Source: Actinomycetota bacterium
GTDB lineage: Bacteria > Actinomycetota > Acidimicrobiia > IMCC26256 > JACDBD01
Reading direction: 5' to 3'
DNA length: 50,345 nt
Assembly: GCA_046724435.1 (NCBI GenBank)
Contig: JBKOWN010000109.1
Span: 1-50,345, forward strand
This document shows positions 18,501 to 26,535 of this stretch, in pieces (the stretch's first letter is position 1; every line of letters starts with the position of its first letter). The notes below the pieces were generated by a model. That model was not told the origin of the DNA. It made no database searches and saw nothing but the letters and a program-made list of their open reading frames with translations. The position numbers were made by a program, and so were the translations under genes.

Positions 18501-19208
18501 AAGTGGGGCCAGCCCAGCAGCGTCGGACTGCTCCTTCCCCACGGGTTCGAGGGCCAGGGCCCCGAGCACTCGAGCGCGCGCATCGAGCGCTTCCTGGACC
18601 TCTCCGCGGAGGACAACATGCGGGTCGTCTACCCGTCGACGGCGGCGCAGTACTTCCACGTCCTGCGTCGGCAGGCGCTGGCGACACGGCGAGTGCCACT
18701 GGTGTGCTTCACGCCCAAGCGCTATCTGCGGATGCCGCAGAGCCGGTCGCCGGTGGCGGAGCTCACCGAAGGCGGGTTCCGCTTGACGCTCGACGACCGG
18801 GCCGAAGTGGATCGTGACGGGGTCCGGCGAGTGCTGTTGTGCACCGGGAAGATCGGGCACGAGCTCATGGACAAGCGGGACGAGCTGGGCGCGCCGGCGG
18901 CGGTCGTGCGCGTCGAGCAGCTGTACCCGTGGCCGGAGGACGACATCCTCACGACCATCGACTCCTACCCGAACGCGCGGGAAGTGTGGTGGGTGCAGGA
19001 GGAGCCCGCGAACGCGGGCGCCTGGAACTTCGCCCACGCCCGTCTCGCGCGGGCGCTGCGCGATCGGGCCGAGCTCCGTCACGTCGCGCGGGAAGCGAGC
19101 GCGAGCCCCGCGACCGGCAGCCAGACGATTCACGAACGCGAGCAGGAGCAGCTCCTCGCCGCCGCGTTCGAAGGTCTCCTGGGCGAGTCGACGGTCGCCG
19201 AGAACTAG
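15516..19208 (+). CDS. kgd: Multifunctional 2-oxoglutarate dehydrogenase/decarboxylase E1 with N-terminal E2-like acyltransferase domain (Kgd/OdhA type)
   Basis: 1230 aa. Pro/Ala linker, a succinyltransferase-like domain (DHRVIQGAESGRF) and a ThDP E1o domain (HRGRLNVL, GDAAFAGQGVV). The start is GTG 15516 or ATG 15519, after a GGGAGGAG SD. Confidence 0.95.
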   Translation: MMGESEFEDLGPNSGLAEDMHSRYVEDPASVPEGWREFFDHREETEPEPQAPPRPSPPPAPAAPAATAPAPSPRPPGAQPASAAPAPETDGADRPVPMRGATARIVENMEASLAVPTATSVRTVPAKLLEVNRQILNNHLARTGGDKVSFTHLISYAVLKALARVPAMSSSFEIVDGQPNIVRHEHVNLGLAVDVEKSDGSRTLLVPNVKQADTLDFKTFHAAYEDAIGKVRSGKLSPDDFAGTTGTITNPGTIGTMHSVPRLMSGQGFIIGVGAIGFPAEFEGADQATIARLGVSKTITLTSTYDHRVIQGAESGRFLAVVHDLLLGSEEFYDDIFQSFAVPYEPARWSVDVSPRHAGELGTVASIDKAVGVQQLINMYRVRGHLIANLDPLGAKEPQTHPELDINHYDLTIWDLDREFPTGGLAGRPTMKLRDILGVLRDAYARTIGVEYMHIQEPDQKAWIQEHVEGVSWEPSREEKGRILERLVAAEAFERFLHTKYLGHKRYSLEGAESTIPMLDALLSAAADDAVEEAILGMPHRGRLNVLTNVVGKSYAQIFLEFEGALDPLSAQGSGDVRYHVGATGKHASPEGNEVVVALASNPSHLEAVDPVVEGMARAEEDQKGDQERRKILPVLLHGDAAFAGQGVVAETLNLSEVPGYDVGGTVHLVVNNQLGFTTAPEIGRSAVYATDIAKMVQAPIFHVNGDDPEACVRVMRLAFAFRQRFRKDVVVDMICYRRYGHNEADEPAFTQPRMYELIEAHPSPRTRYTETLVRQGDMTADEARGVGEDFRARLDAAFSETHQSAPPDPSQAATPDAPSEPRLPAPQPDPSVRVATNVERWTLERVVDGLMARPEGFTVHPKLERILQAHRVAFEKGEVDWSLAETFAFGSLLLQGTPVRLAGQDTRRGTFSQRHGVLVDQRTEAEYFPLGHLAPDQAPFMLYDSVLSEFAALGFEYGYSVEYPEALVLWEAQFGDFFNGAQVIIDQFVAAAEDKWGQPSSVGLLLPHGFEGQGPEHSSARIERFLDLSAEDNMRVVYPSTAAQYFHVLRRQALATRRVPLVCFTPKRYLRMPQSRSPVAELTEGGFRLTLDDRAEVDRDGVRRVLLCTGKIGHELMDKRDELGAPAAVVRVEQLYPWPEDDILTTIDSYPNAREVWWVQEEPANAGAWNFAHARLARALRDRAELRHVAREASASPATGSQTIHEREQEQLLAAAFEGLLGESTVAEN

Positions 19209-19819
19209 GCCGTCGCGCCGAATCCCCGGAGCAGGGCTTCGACGAGCTTGTCGACGAAGGCCTCGCTCATCGGCTCCTCGGTGATCAGCAGCCGGTGGAA
19301 GATCGGCCCCACGAGCATGCTGCTCATCACGCCGACGTCCGTGTCACTCGGGAGCTCGCCACGCTCGACGGCGCGCTGCAGGAGGCGGCGCGTCCTGGCT
19401 TTGCGCTCGCTCATGAACTTCCGGTACCCCGCGTCGAGCTCCGGGTAGCGGCGCCGCTCGAACACCATCACCGCCATCACCCGGCCGACCGGACTGTCCT
19501 TGAACGCCCTGATCAGCGAGCGAGCCAGGCCGCGCAGGTCGTCGCCGAGGTTGCCGGTGTCGGGGAACGCGAGGTCATCCGAGGCGAGGCAGCCTCCCGC
19601 CTCGACGATGAGATCGACCTTCGACGGATAGCGCCGGTAGATCGTCGCCCGGCTCACGCCGGCGCGCGCCGCCACGTCCTCCACGCTCACACCCTCGAAG
19701 CCGCGCTCGGCGAACAGCTCGACGGCCGCCTCCCGGATCGCGTTGTCGGCGATCGGCGAGCGCGGTCGCCCGCGCGGCCGCTCGGGTGCGTCGGTCGCGC
19801 TGACGGCGGTGTCGCTCAT
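19205..19819 (-). CDS. TetR/AcrR family transcriptional regulator
   Basis: 204 aa. N-terminal HTH (AAVELFAERGFEGVSVEDVAARAGVSRATIYRRYPSK). Its start overlaps the stop of the upstream MFS gene (ATGA). Confidence 0.9.
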   Translation of the reverse strand: MSDTAVSATDAPERPRGRPRSPIADNAIREAAVELFAERGFEGVSVEDVAARAGVSRATIYRRYPSKVDLIVEAGGCLASDDLAFPDTGNLGDDLRGLARSLIRAFKDSPVGRVMAVMVFERRRYPELDAGYRKFMSERKARTRRLLQRAVERGELPSDTDVGVMSSMLVGPIFHRLLITEEPMSEAFVDKLVEALLRGFGATA

Positions 19820-21480
19820 CTCGGCTCCGGGGGTTCGGCAGGCACGTAGGCCGGCTCGACACGCGACGTCACTTCTACCGGCGTCGGCGTCTCGCCCGGT
19901 GTCGCATCGGGCGGGGCGGTATGCCCGGCCTCGTACTGGGCCTCGAGCTCCTCGACGGGCCGCCGGGCCCTGGCCGGGAGCCAGATCAGCGCCGCGATGG
20001 CGCCGAGGATGAGGGCCGCCGCTCCCACCAGATAGCCCTGGTGCATCCCGTCGACGAACGCGGTACGGGCCGTATTCGCCAGGGAGCTTCCTGCCGGGCC
20101 GCCGATCTGGCTGGCGGCCTGGAGCGCGAAGCCGAGGGAGTTCTTGGCGTCGTTCGCCACGCCGCTCGGGAGTGGCTGCCCGGCGACGGCATCACCGACC
20201 TTCGAGCCGTACGTCGATGCGAGCACGCTGCCGATGATGGCAACGCCCAGAGCGCCGCCGACCTGACGCGTCGTGTCGTTCACGGCAGAACCGACGCCGG
20301 CCTTGGCGAGCGGCAGCGAGCCCATGATCGACTCCGTCGCGGGTGCCATCGTGAGACCCATGCCGACGGCCACCAGCGTCAAACGCCAGAAGATGTTCCC
20401 GTAACCCGTCGACACCTCGAGTCCCGCGAACGAGAGGACGCCGAGCCCGGAGAGGAACAGTCCGCTCGACACGACGACCTTGGTGCCGACCCGCTCCACG
20501 ATCCGCGCGCTGAGCGGCGCGACCACCATCATCGTCAGCGCCAGCGGGAGCAGACGAATGCCGGCTTCCAGCGGCGTGTAACCCAGCACGAATTGGAAGT
20601 ACTGCGTCAGCAGGAAGATCGTGCCGAACAACGCGAAGAAGAGGATGGAGATGCTCGCGCTGGCGCTCGTGAACCGGGGGTTCTTGAAGAAGTTCAGGTC
20701 CAGCATCGGATGCGTGCTGCGCCGTTCCCACACGAAGAAGGTCACCAGCATGACGGCTGCGAGACCGAGCGCGCCCAAGATCGTCGAGTCGCTCCAGCCC
20801 TTGGTCGGAGCCTCGATGAACGCGTAGACGAGCGAGACGAGACCGGCGATGGAGAGGCCGGCGCCCACGAGGTCGAGCCTCGGCGCGGTCGGGTCCTTCG
20901 ACGTCGGCATGATGAGCACGCCGGCGCCGAGCGCGACGGCGACGATCGGCAGGTTCACCAGGAAGATCGAGCCCCAGTAGAAGTGCTCGAGCAGGAAGCC
21001 GCCCGTCACGGGACCGATCGCAACTGCCAGGCCGGCGACGCCCGCCCAGATGGCGATCGCGCGCCCGCGCTCCTTCCCCTCGAAGACGTTGGTGATCAGC
21101 GAGAGCGTCCCCGGCATGATGAACGCTCCACCGACGCCCATGAGCGCGCGTGCAGCGATGAGCTGGCTGGGTGAGCCCGCCATGGCCGAGAGCAGCGATC
21201 CCAGCCCGAACACGGCCAGTCCGACCTGCAGCCCGCCGCGCCGGCCGAAGCGGTCACCGAGGCTGCCGGCCGTCAGCAGCAGGCCCGCGAAGACGAGCGT
21301 GTACGCGTCGACCATCCACTGGAGCTGGCTTGTCGTGGCGTCGAGCCCGCCCTGGCTCACCGGGCGCGCCAGCGTCGGGAGAGCGACGTTCAGGATCGAG
21401 TTGTCGACGACGATGATGAGGAGGCTCAGGCAGAGGACCGCGAGGATCCACCACCGCCGCTGATGCACCTGGTCGCCCAT
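19816..21480 (-). CDS. MFS transporter, DHA2 (EmrB/QacA-like, 14-TMS) drug:H+ antiporter family
   Basis: Start chosen at ATG 21480 (MGDQVHQRRWWILAVLCLSLLIIVVDNSILNVALPTL). Motif LGDRFGRR. Many hydrophobic segments. Confidence 0.9.
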   Translation of the reverse strand: MGDQVHQRRWWILAVLCLSLLIIVVDNSILNVALPTLARPVSQGGLDATTSQLQWMVDAYTLVFAGLLLTAGSLGDRFGRRGGLQVGLAVFGLGSLLSAMAGSPSQLIAARALMGVGGAFIMPGTLSLITNVFEGKERGRAIAIWAGVAGLAVAIGPVTGGFLLEHFYWGSIFLVNLPIVAVALGAGVLIMPTSKDPTAPRLDLVGAGLSIAGLVSLVYAFIEAPTKGWSDSTILGALGLAAVMLVTFFVWERRSTHPMLDLNFFKNPRFTSASASISILFFALFGTIFLLTQYFQFVLGYTPLEAGIRLLPLALTMMVVAPLSARIVERVGTKVVVSSGLFLSGLGVLSFAGLEVSTGYGNIFWRLTLVAVGMGLTMAPATESIMGSLPLAKAGVGSAVNDTTRQVGGALGVAIIGSVLASTYGSKVGDAVAGQPLPSGVANDAKNSLGFALQAASQIGGPAGSSLANTARTAFVDGMHQGYLVGAAALILGAIAALIWLPARARRPVEELEAQYEAGHTAPPDATPGETPTPVEVTSRVEPAYVPAEPPEPR

Positions 21481-21532
21481 GGGCCGGCCTTTCGAGACGA
21501 GGGGCGGCGTACTCGTGTTTGTAACGCAGCCG

Positions 21533-21558
21533 GATACGAAACGCATCCGTCTCGTATC
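21533..21558. promoter_or_regulatory. Inverted repeat GATACGA-N12-TCGTATC upstream of the MFS-TetR operon; candidate TetR operator
   Basis: 7-bp perfect arms at 21533-21539 and 21552-21558, 53-78 nt upstream of the MFS start codon. Confidence 0.3.
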
Positions 21559-21594
21559 GAATGTGACGAAGGTCTCAGCCCGATCCCTTCATGG

Positions 21595-21643
21595 CGTCGT
21601 CGCAAGTTCCGGCTCTGCAGTGACGGTCGGCAATGCCGCCGTC
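21595..21643 (-). repeat. Dispersed structured intergenic element, copy 2
   Basis: Minus-strand read: GGCGGCATTGCCGACCGTCACTGCAGAGCCGGAACTTGCGACGACGC. It begins at the stop codon of the small membrane protein gene and lies about 115 nt upstream of the MFS start. Confidence 0.8.
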
Positions 21644-21839
21644 ACTGCGCGCGCAGCGCCTTCCACCCGACGATGCCGACCGCGAGGCCGAACGCGATCG
21701 AGATCGCCGCCAGCGCGCCGTGGACGACGTAGAACCCGGCCGATCGGTTCTCGCCGGCCATGTTGACGAGACGGGTAATCCAGACGAACAGGGCCCACCC
21801 GCCCGCGGCGAGCAGGAGGATCGAGACGCGGTGGCTCAC
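21642..21839 (-). CDS. Small two-TM membrane protein (65 aa), function unknown
   Basis: GTG 21839 overlaps the dapA-like TGA (GTGA). Sequence VSHRVSILLLAAGGWALFVWITRLVNMAGENRSAGFYVVHGALAAISIAFGLAVGIVGWKALRAQ has two clear hydrophobic helices. It is in frame with the tail of ORF 21642..22538. Confidence 0.55.
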   Translation of the reverse strand: MSHRVSILLLAAGGWALFVWITRLVNMAGENRSAGFYVVHGALAAISIAFGLAVGIVGWKALRAQ

Positions 21840-22738
21840 GAGGCGGCGGCGATCGCGTCGATGGCGCGCTGGGTGGCGTCGGGCGACGCGTCGAGGAGCG
21901 GCAGCCGGACCTCGGCGGTGGGGATGCGGCCCTGAGCGTGCAACACGCTCTTGAAGACCGCCGGGTTCGGCTCCGTGAACAGCGCGTGGGTGACGGGCAG
22001 CAGGGCCTCGGCGTGAGCGCGCCCCTCGTCGACCTTGCCCGCGAGCCCGCATTCGATCATGGCGACGAACCGCTCTGTACACACGTGCGCGCTGGCGCAG
22101 ATGGTGCCGGCGCCGCCGAGGAGCACGAGCGGGAACAGGAACGTGTCGGTGCCCCCGAGGACGGAGAACCCATCGACGGCGTTCGTGAGACGAAGGAGAT
22201 CGAGCGTGTCGTCGTCGAGGGCCGCCGGGGCCTGCTTGACCCCGGCGAAGTTCGGGGTGCGCGCAAGTTCGTGCAGGTTGCGTGCGCTCAGGTTCCGACC
22301 CGTTCGGACGGGGATGTTGTAGACGACGAGCGGCACCGGGCTCACTTCGGCCACCGCCTTGAGGTGCGCCACGATCCCTGCCTCCGACGGGCGCACGTAG
22401 TACGGCACGACGACGAGCGTGGCCACCAGCGCCGGTGTATCCGCCAGCTCCTTCACCGCCCGGCGCGTCGTTCGGGTGTTGTTCGTGCCCGCGCCGACGA
22501 TCAGTTGCGCCGAACGCTCGGCGCACACCGTGGAGCACGCGGCGATCACAGCCTGCTTCTCGTCGGGATCGAGCGCAGTCGACTCGCCAGTGGTCCCGAG
22601 TGCGACGATCCCGGCCGCGCCGGCGTCCAGGTACTCGTGGCAGAGACGCTCGAGGGCGTCGGTCGCCACCGACCCGTCACCGGAGAACGGCGTGATGATC
22701 GGGATGTAGACGCCGCGGAGATTCGCGTCGGTCGCCAT
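21836..22738 (-). CDS. dapA: 4-hydroxy-tetrahydrodipicolinate synthase (DHDPS/DapA) family protein
   Basis: 300 aa. GTTGES motif, YNIP, GVKQA (Schiff-base Lys context). Exact substrate not certain. Confidence 0.8.
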   Translation of the reverse strand: MATDANLRGVYIPIITPFSGDGSVATDALERLCHEYLDAGAAGIVALGTTGESTALDPDEKQAVIAACSTVCAERSAQLIVGAGTNNTRTTRRAVKELADTPALVATLVVVPYYVRPSEAGIVAHLKAVAEVSPVPLVVYNIPVRTGRNLSARNLHELARTPNFAGVKQAPAALDDDTLDLLRLTNAVDGFSVLGGTDTFLFPLVLLGGAGTICASAHVCTERFVAMIECGLAGKVDEGRAHAEALLPVTHALFTEPNPAVFKSVLHAQGRIPTAEVRLPLLDASPDATQRAIDAIAAAS

Positions 22739-22782
22739 CGCGCGGAAGGCTACTCCCGGATGCGTCGAAGTAGCCTCACCTA

Positions 22783-23664
22783 GTGTCCGAGCCCTGGCAG
22801 ACGATCCTGACGCTGGCAGCCGGCGTCGCGACCGGAGTTCTGTCTGGCATGTTCGGCGTGGGCGGCGCGGTGGTGTCGACGCCTGCGATCCGCGTGCTCG
22901 GCGCGACGCCGCTCGAGGCCGTCGGGTCGACCATCCCGTCGATCGTGCCGTCGGCGGTGAGCGGCTCGCTGCGGTACCGGCGCGAGGGGCTCATCGTCGG
23001 CCGCGTGGCGTGCTGGACGCTCGCCGCCGGTCTGGCCGCCACCGTGGGCGGCGCCCTCCTCGCCGGCACGGTCCCCGGCAACGGCCATCTCCTCATGATC
23101 TTCACTGCCGCGCTGCTTGCGTTCACTGCATACCGCCTGGCACTCGCGCCGCGCACAGAACCCGCGCCGGCACCGACGCAATCGACGCCCGACGTCGAGG
23201 ATCCCGTCGGCGACCTCGCGATGCCCACTGCCGATCTCGCCCGCGCGCACGACGACGAACCCGAGCGATCGTCTCCCATGACGCGGCGCGACGAGGTGTG
23301 GCGGCTCGGGCTGATCGGGCTCGCCGCCGGCGCGGTCAGCGGCCTACTCGGCATCGGCGGCGGCGTCTTGCTGGTGCCCGCGTTCGCGAGTTGGGTGCGA
23401 CTCACGGTCAAGGAGTCGGTGGCGACCTCGCTCGTGTGCGTGGGCGCGCTCGCGATACCCGGAATGATCACCCACGCCGTGCTCGGCAACATCGACTGGG
23501 CGTTCGCCATCCCGTTGGCGATCGCGGTGATCCCGGGCGCGCAGCTCGGCGCGCACCTCGCTATCCGCTCCAGCGAGCGCGCCTTGCGACTGACGGTCGC
23601 GATCGGTCTCGGCTCGATCGCGCTCGTCTACGGAGTAGGCGAGATCCTCGCGCTCTTCGTCTAG
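22783..23664 (+). CDS. TauE/SafE family sulfite/anion exporter with an inserted low-complexity central loop
   Basis: 293 aa. Duplicated halves each carry the LSGxxGxGGG motif (SGMFGVGGAVV and SGLLGIGGGVLLVP). An acidic, P-rich loop of about 55 aa lies between the halves. Confidence 0.85.
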   Translation: MSEPWQTILTLAAGVATGVLSGMFGVGGAVVSTPAIRVLGATPLEAVGSTIPSIVPSAVSGSLRYRREGLIVGRVACWTLAAGLAATVGGALLAGTVPGNGHLLMIFTAALLAFTAYRLALAPRTEPAPAPTQSTPDVEDPVGDLAMPTADLARAHDDEPERSSPMTRRDEVWRLGLIGLAAGAVSGLLGIGGGVLLVPAFASWVRLTVKESVATSLVCVGALAIPGMITHAVLGNIDWAFAIPLAIAVIPGAQLGAHLAIRSSERALRLTVAIGLGSIALVYGVGEILALFV

Positions 23665-24365
23665 GCCTCGGCGAGCTCTCGCGCTCGGTCGAACACTTCG
23701 TCGAGCATCGACTCGGTGAGCTTGCCCGTGAACGTGTTCTGCTGGCTGGGGTGGTAACAGCCGAGCACGACCGCTCGTGCGGTGGGGACCTCCACCCCGT
23801 GCCCGAAGCACGGACGCGGTGACGGCAGCGGTGATCCGCTCTCGGCGAGGACGCGCGCGGTGGCGTCGTACGCGAACTTCCCGAGCACCACGATCACCCG
23901 CACCTGTTCGAGGAGGGCCAGCTCGTGAACCAGGTAGGGCAAGCACCGGTCGCGCTCCTCTGGCGCCGGCTTGTTCGCGGGCGGCGCGCAGCGCACGGCG
24001 GCCGCGACGTACGCGTCCCGCAGCTTCAACCCGTCGTCGGCTCGCACGGACGTCGCCTGGTTGGCGTATCCGGTGCGGTGGAGCGCGCCGAACAGCCAGT
24101 CGCCGGAACGGTCGCCGGTGAAGATCCGGCCCGTGCGGTTCCCACCATGGGCGGCGGGTGCCAGCCCGACGACGAGCATCCGTGCCTTCGGATCGCCGAA
24201 TCCCGGTACGGGACGACCCCAGTACTCCTCGTCGCGGAAGGCGGCGCGCTTCTCGTGGGCGACGCGCTCGCGCCACTCGACGAGTCGCGGGCACGCCCGG
24301 CACTCGATGATCTGTTCAGTGAGCGCCGTCAGCGCGCCGACCTGATCGCGCGCAACTCTGCCCAC
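23661..24365 (-). CDS. Uracil-DNA glycosylase, family 4/5 (UdgB-like, Fe-S type)
   Basis: The C-terminal 234 aa of the 534-aa ORF. CRACPRLVEWRE, GLAPAAHGGNRTGRIFTGD, HPSQQN. Start inferred at GTG 24365; upstream of that the frame is antisense to the DagK-like gene. Confidence 0.75.
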   Translation of the reverse strand: MGRVARDQVGALTALTEQIIECRACPRLVEWRERVAHEKRAAFRDEEYWGRPVPGFGDPKARMLVVGLAPAAHGGNRTGRIFTGDRSGDWLFGALHRTGYANQATSVRADDGLKLRDAYVAAAVRCAPPANKPAPEERDRCLPYLVHELALLEQVRVIVVLGKFAYDATARVLAESGSPLPSPRPCFGHGVEVPTARAVVLGCYHPSQQNTFTGKLTESMLDEVFDRARELAEA

Positions 24366-24401
24366 GTCCTGATCGTATTCGTGCCAGTACGGTTCCCAGC
24401 T

Positions 24402-25316
24402 GTGCGTCTGCTCCTGATCGTCAACGAGACCGCCACCGCGGTCACAGCGCGGCGGCGGGTCCTCGTTCAGCGGGTGCTGGGCGCTGATCACAAGCTCGAG
24501 GTGGAGGAGACATCGCGGCGCGGCCACGCGACCCGCATCGCCCGGGGCGCCGCCCTCGACGGGGTCGACGTCGTCGTCGTGCTGGGCGGCGACGGCACGC
24601 TGAGCGAAACGGCCGACGGGCTCGCGGGTACGAGCACCGCCCTGGCGCCCTTGCCCGGCGGATCGACCAACGTGTTCGCGCGCAGCATCGGCGTCGCGTA
24701 CGACCCGGTCCAGGCGGCCGAGCGGCTCGTCGTGTCGCTCGCGCGCAGCAACTTCCGGCGCATCGGGCTCGGCGTCGCCGACGGGCGTCGCTTCCTCTTC
24801 CACGCCGGGCTCGGCTTGGACGCTGCCGTCATCAGCCAGGTCGAGCGACGGGCATTCCTGAAGCGGTACGGCACGCACCCCCTGTTCGTCGCGATGACCA
24901 TCGATACGTGGCTGCGTCACTACGACCATCACCGCCCCCGGTTCCGGGTGGAGCAGGACGGCGAGTCGATCGGCGACTCCGCGTTCACGATCGTCTCGAA
25001 CCAAAGGCCGTGGGCGTACCTCGGAAAGCGCCCGTTGATGCTCGCTCGCCACGCCGGCCTCGACGTGCCGCTCACCGTGACGCTCTTCCGCTCGCTGGAC
25101 CTGTCGATGCTCGTCGGCGGCGCGATCTCGGCGCTGAACGGCGGGCAGCGCCTGATGCACCATCCGAAAGTCGTCCAACGGGGCGATGTCCACTCGCTCA
25201 CCGTCACCGGGTACGGGCCCTTCCCCTGGCAGGTCGACGGCGACTACCTCGGCGACACCGAGCACCTCTCGATCTCGTGGATGCCCGATGCGCTGACGAT
25301 CGTCATGCCTCTGTGA
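24402..25316 (+). CDS. Diacylglycerol/lipid kinase catalytic-domain family protein (YegS/DagK-like)
   Basis: RLLLIVNE...VVVLGGDGTLSE...PLPGGSTNVFAR. The start is uncertain (GTG 24402 or GTG 24381). Confidence 0.8.
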   Translation: MRLLLIVNETATAVTARRRVLVQRVLGADHKLEVEETSRRGHATRIARGAALDGVDVVVVLGGDGTLSETADGLAGTSTALAPLPGGSTNVFARSIGVAYDPVQAAERLVVSLARSNFRRIGLGVADGRRFLFHAGLGLDAAVISQVERRAFLKRYGTHPLFVAMTIDTWLRHYDHHRPRFRVEQDGESIGDSAFTIVSNQRPWAYLGKRPLMLARHAGLDVPLTVTLFRSLDLSMLVGGAISALNGGQRLMHHPKVVQRGDVHSLTVTGYGPFPWQVDGDYLGDTEHLSISWMPDALTIVMPL

Positions 25317-25323
25317 TGCGTCC

Positions 25324-26034
25324 TCACGAGCCGAACGCGCGCCGGGCGACGTCGGGCACGTCGGTGATGATGGCGTCCACGCCGACGGCCGCCAGCCGTC
25401 GCATCTCGTCCTCGCCGTTCACGGTCCAGACGTTGACCGCCATCCCGAGGTCGTGCGCCCGCGCGACCGTCGCGGCGGGGGCCTCGCCCTCGAGGGCGCG
25501 CACGTCGGGATGGACGGCGCCGTGCCCGTGCGCGTGCGCGACGTCGACGCCGTCGACCGCGTCCATGCCGACAAGCGTCAGGAACCCGGTCGGAATGGAG
25601 TCGTCGAGGTCGCGCACGCGATCGACGGACTCGAGGTTGAACGACGACACGAGCACGTCGTCGCGACGGCCGCGCCGGGCGACGAGCTCGACGACGGCGC
25701 CGGCGACCCTCTCTCCGGGGTCGTAGTCGGCGTCGCCGGGCAGGTTCTTCACCTCGATATTGACGAGCATCCCCGCGCAGGCGTCGAGCGCCTCCTCGAG
25801 CGTCGGGATCTCGAAGCGCGTCGCGCGGATCTCGGCCGCCGATCGCTCCGCGAGCACGCCGATCCCCCGGGCGTCGGCGTCGTGGTGCACCATCAGCGCG
25901 CCGTCGGCGGTGCGGTGGACGTCGAGCTCGACCCCGTCGGCGCCGAGCGCGCGTGCGGCCGCGAACGCCTCCAGCGTGTTCTCGGGCGCCACCCGGGCGG
26001 CGCCCCGATGGGCGAGGACGCGCGGGACCGCCAC
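25324..26034 (-). CDS. glpQ: Glycerophosphodiester phosphodiesterase
   Basis: 236 aa. VLAHRGAA..PENTLEAF, GADGVELDVHRTADG..VHHD. Confidence 0.9.
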   Translation of the reverse strand: MAVPRVLAHRGAARVAPENTLEAFAAARALGADGVELDVHRTADGALMVHHDADARGIGVLAERSAAEIRATRFEIPTLEEALDACAGMLVNIEVKNLPGDADYDPGERVAGAVVELVARRGRRDDVLVSSFNLESVDRVRDLDDSIPTGFLTLVGMDAVDGVDVAHAHGHGAVHPDVRALEGEAPAATVARAHDLGMAVNVWTVNGEDEMRRLAAVGVDAIITDVPDVARRAFGS

Positions 26035-26152
26035 GGTCAGCCGCCGCGAAACGGCAGGTCACGCCGCACGGCTCTCAAAATTGCCCCTTGCGCGCTCGTA
26101 CCTCGGTCAATACCCTTCGGTATTGCCTCGAGGTGGGCAGCCCGAGGATGCT

Positions 26153-26168
26153 TGTGAAAGTTCGCACG
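26153..26168. promoter_or_regulatory. CRP/FNR-type half-palindrome TGTGA-N6-GCACG upstream of the whiB1-like gene
   Basis: TGTGAAAGTTCGCACG lies 48 nt upstream of the whiB start. It resembles the TGTGA-N6-TCACA consensus. CRP control of whiB1 is known in M. tuberculosis. Confidence 0.35.
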
Positions 26169-26215
26169 AGCGCTTGTACACCACTCGCACGACGACCACG
26201 AGTACCGGAGGCTTC

Positions 26216-26509
26216 GTGGCGCTCACTTGGATCAGAACACACGACTGGGACGTGGACGCGTGGCGCGGTCGCTCTGCGTGCCGCGATTCCGACCCTGACA
26301 TCTTCTTCCCGATCGGGAGCACCGGCCCTGCCCTCGAGCAGATCGAAACTGCCAGACGCATCTGTACCGCCTGCGACGTGAACGAGGAATGCCTCGAGTT
26401 CGCGCTCGCCACCAACCAGGAGGCGGGTGTCTGGGGCGGCACGACCGAAGAGGAGCGCCGCAAGCTGCGCAAGGCGTGGCTGGCGAAGCAACGCCGCGCC
26501 GCCAGCTAG
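26216..26509 (+). CDS. whiB1: WhiB-family Fe-S transcription factor, WhiB1/WblE-like
   Basis: GTG 26216 follows a GGAGG SD. CRDSDPDIFFPIGSTGPALEQIETARRICTACDVNEECLEFAL...GVWGGTTEEERRKL carries four Cys and the GVWGG turn. It sits next to pdtaS, as in mycobacteria. Confidence 0.88.
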   Translation: MALTWIRTHDWDVDAWRGRSACRDSDPDIFFPIGSTGPALEQIETARRICTACDVNEECLEFALATNQEAGVWGGTTEEERRKLRKAWLAKQRRAAS

Positions 26510-26535
26510 GGCAATCCCCTCGCGAGACGCGGCTC

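Noticed and set aside
19205-19208. Convergent genes sharing a palindromic CTAG as both stop codons (kgd/TetR at 19205-19208 and TauE/UDG at 23661-23664).
   Set aside because: This is a real overlap, but most simply a by-product of genome compaction. TAG read on both strands of CTAG needs no special function.
23140-23300. The acidic, Pro-rich loop of about 55 aa in the TauE/SafE protein as an inserted element or gene fusion.
   Set aside because: It is in frame between the two homologous halves of the transporter and has no flanking repeats. It is most likely a lineage-specific cytoplasmic linker.
23661-25265. A 534-aa fusion-like ORF, with the UDG preceded by about 300 extra residues.
   Set aside because: Only the C-terminal part (about 234 aa) has UDG motifs. 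The N-terminal part is antisense to the DagK-like gene, which has its own clear motifs.
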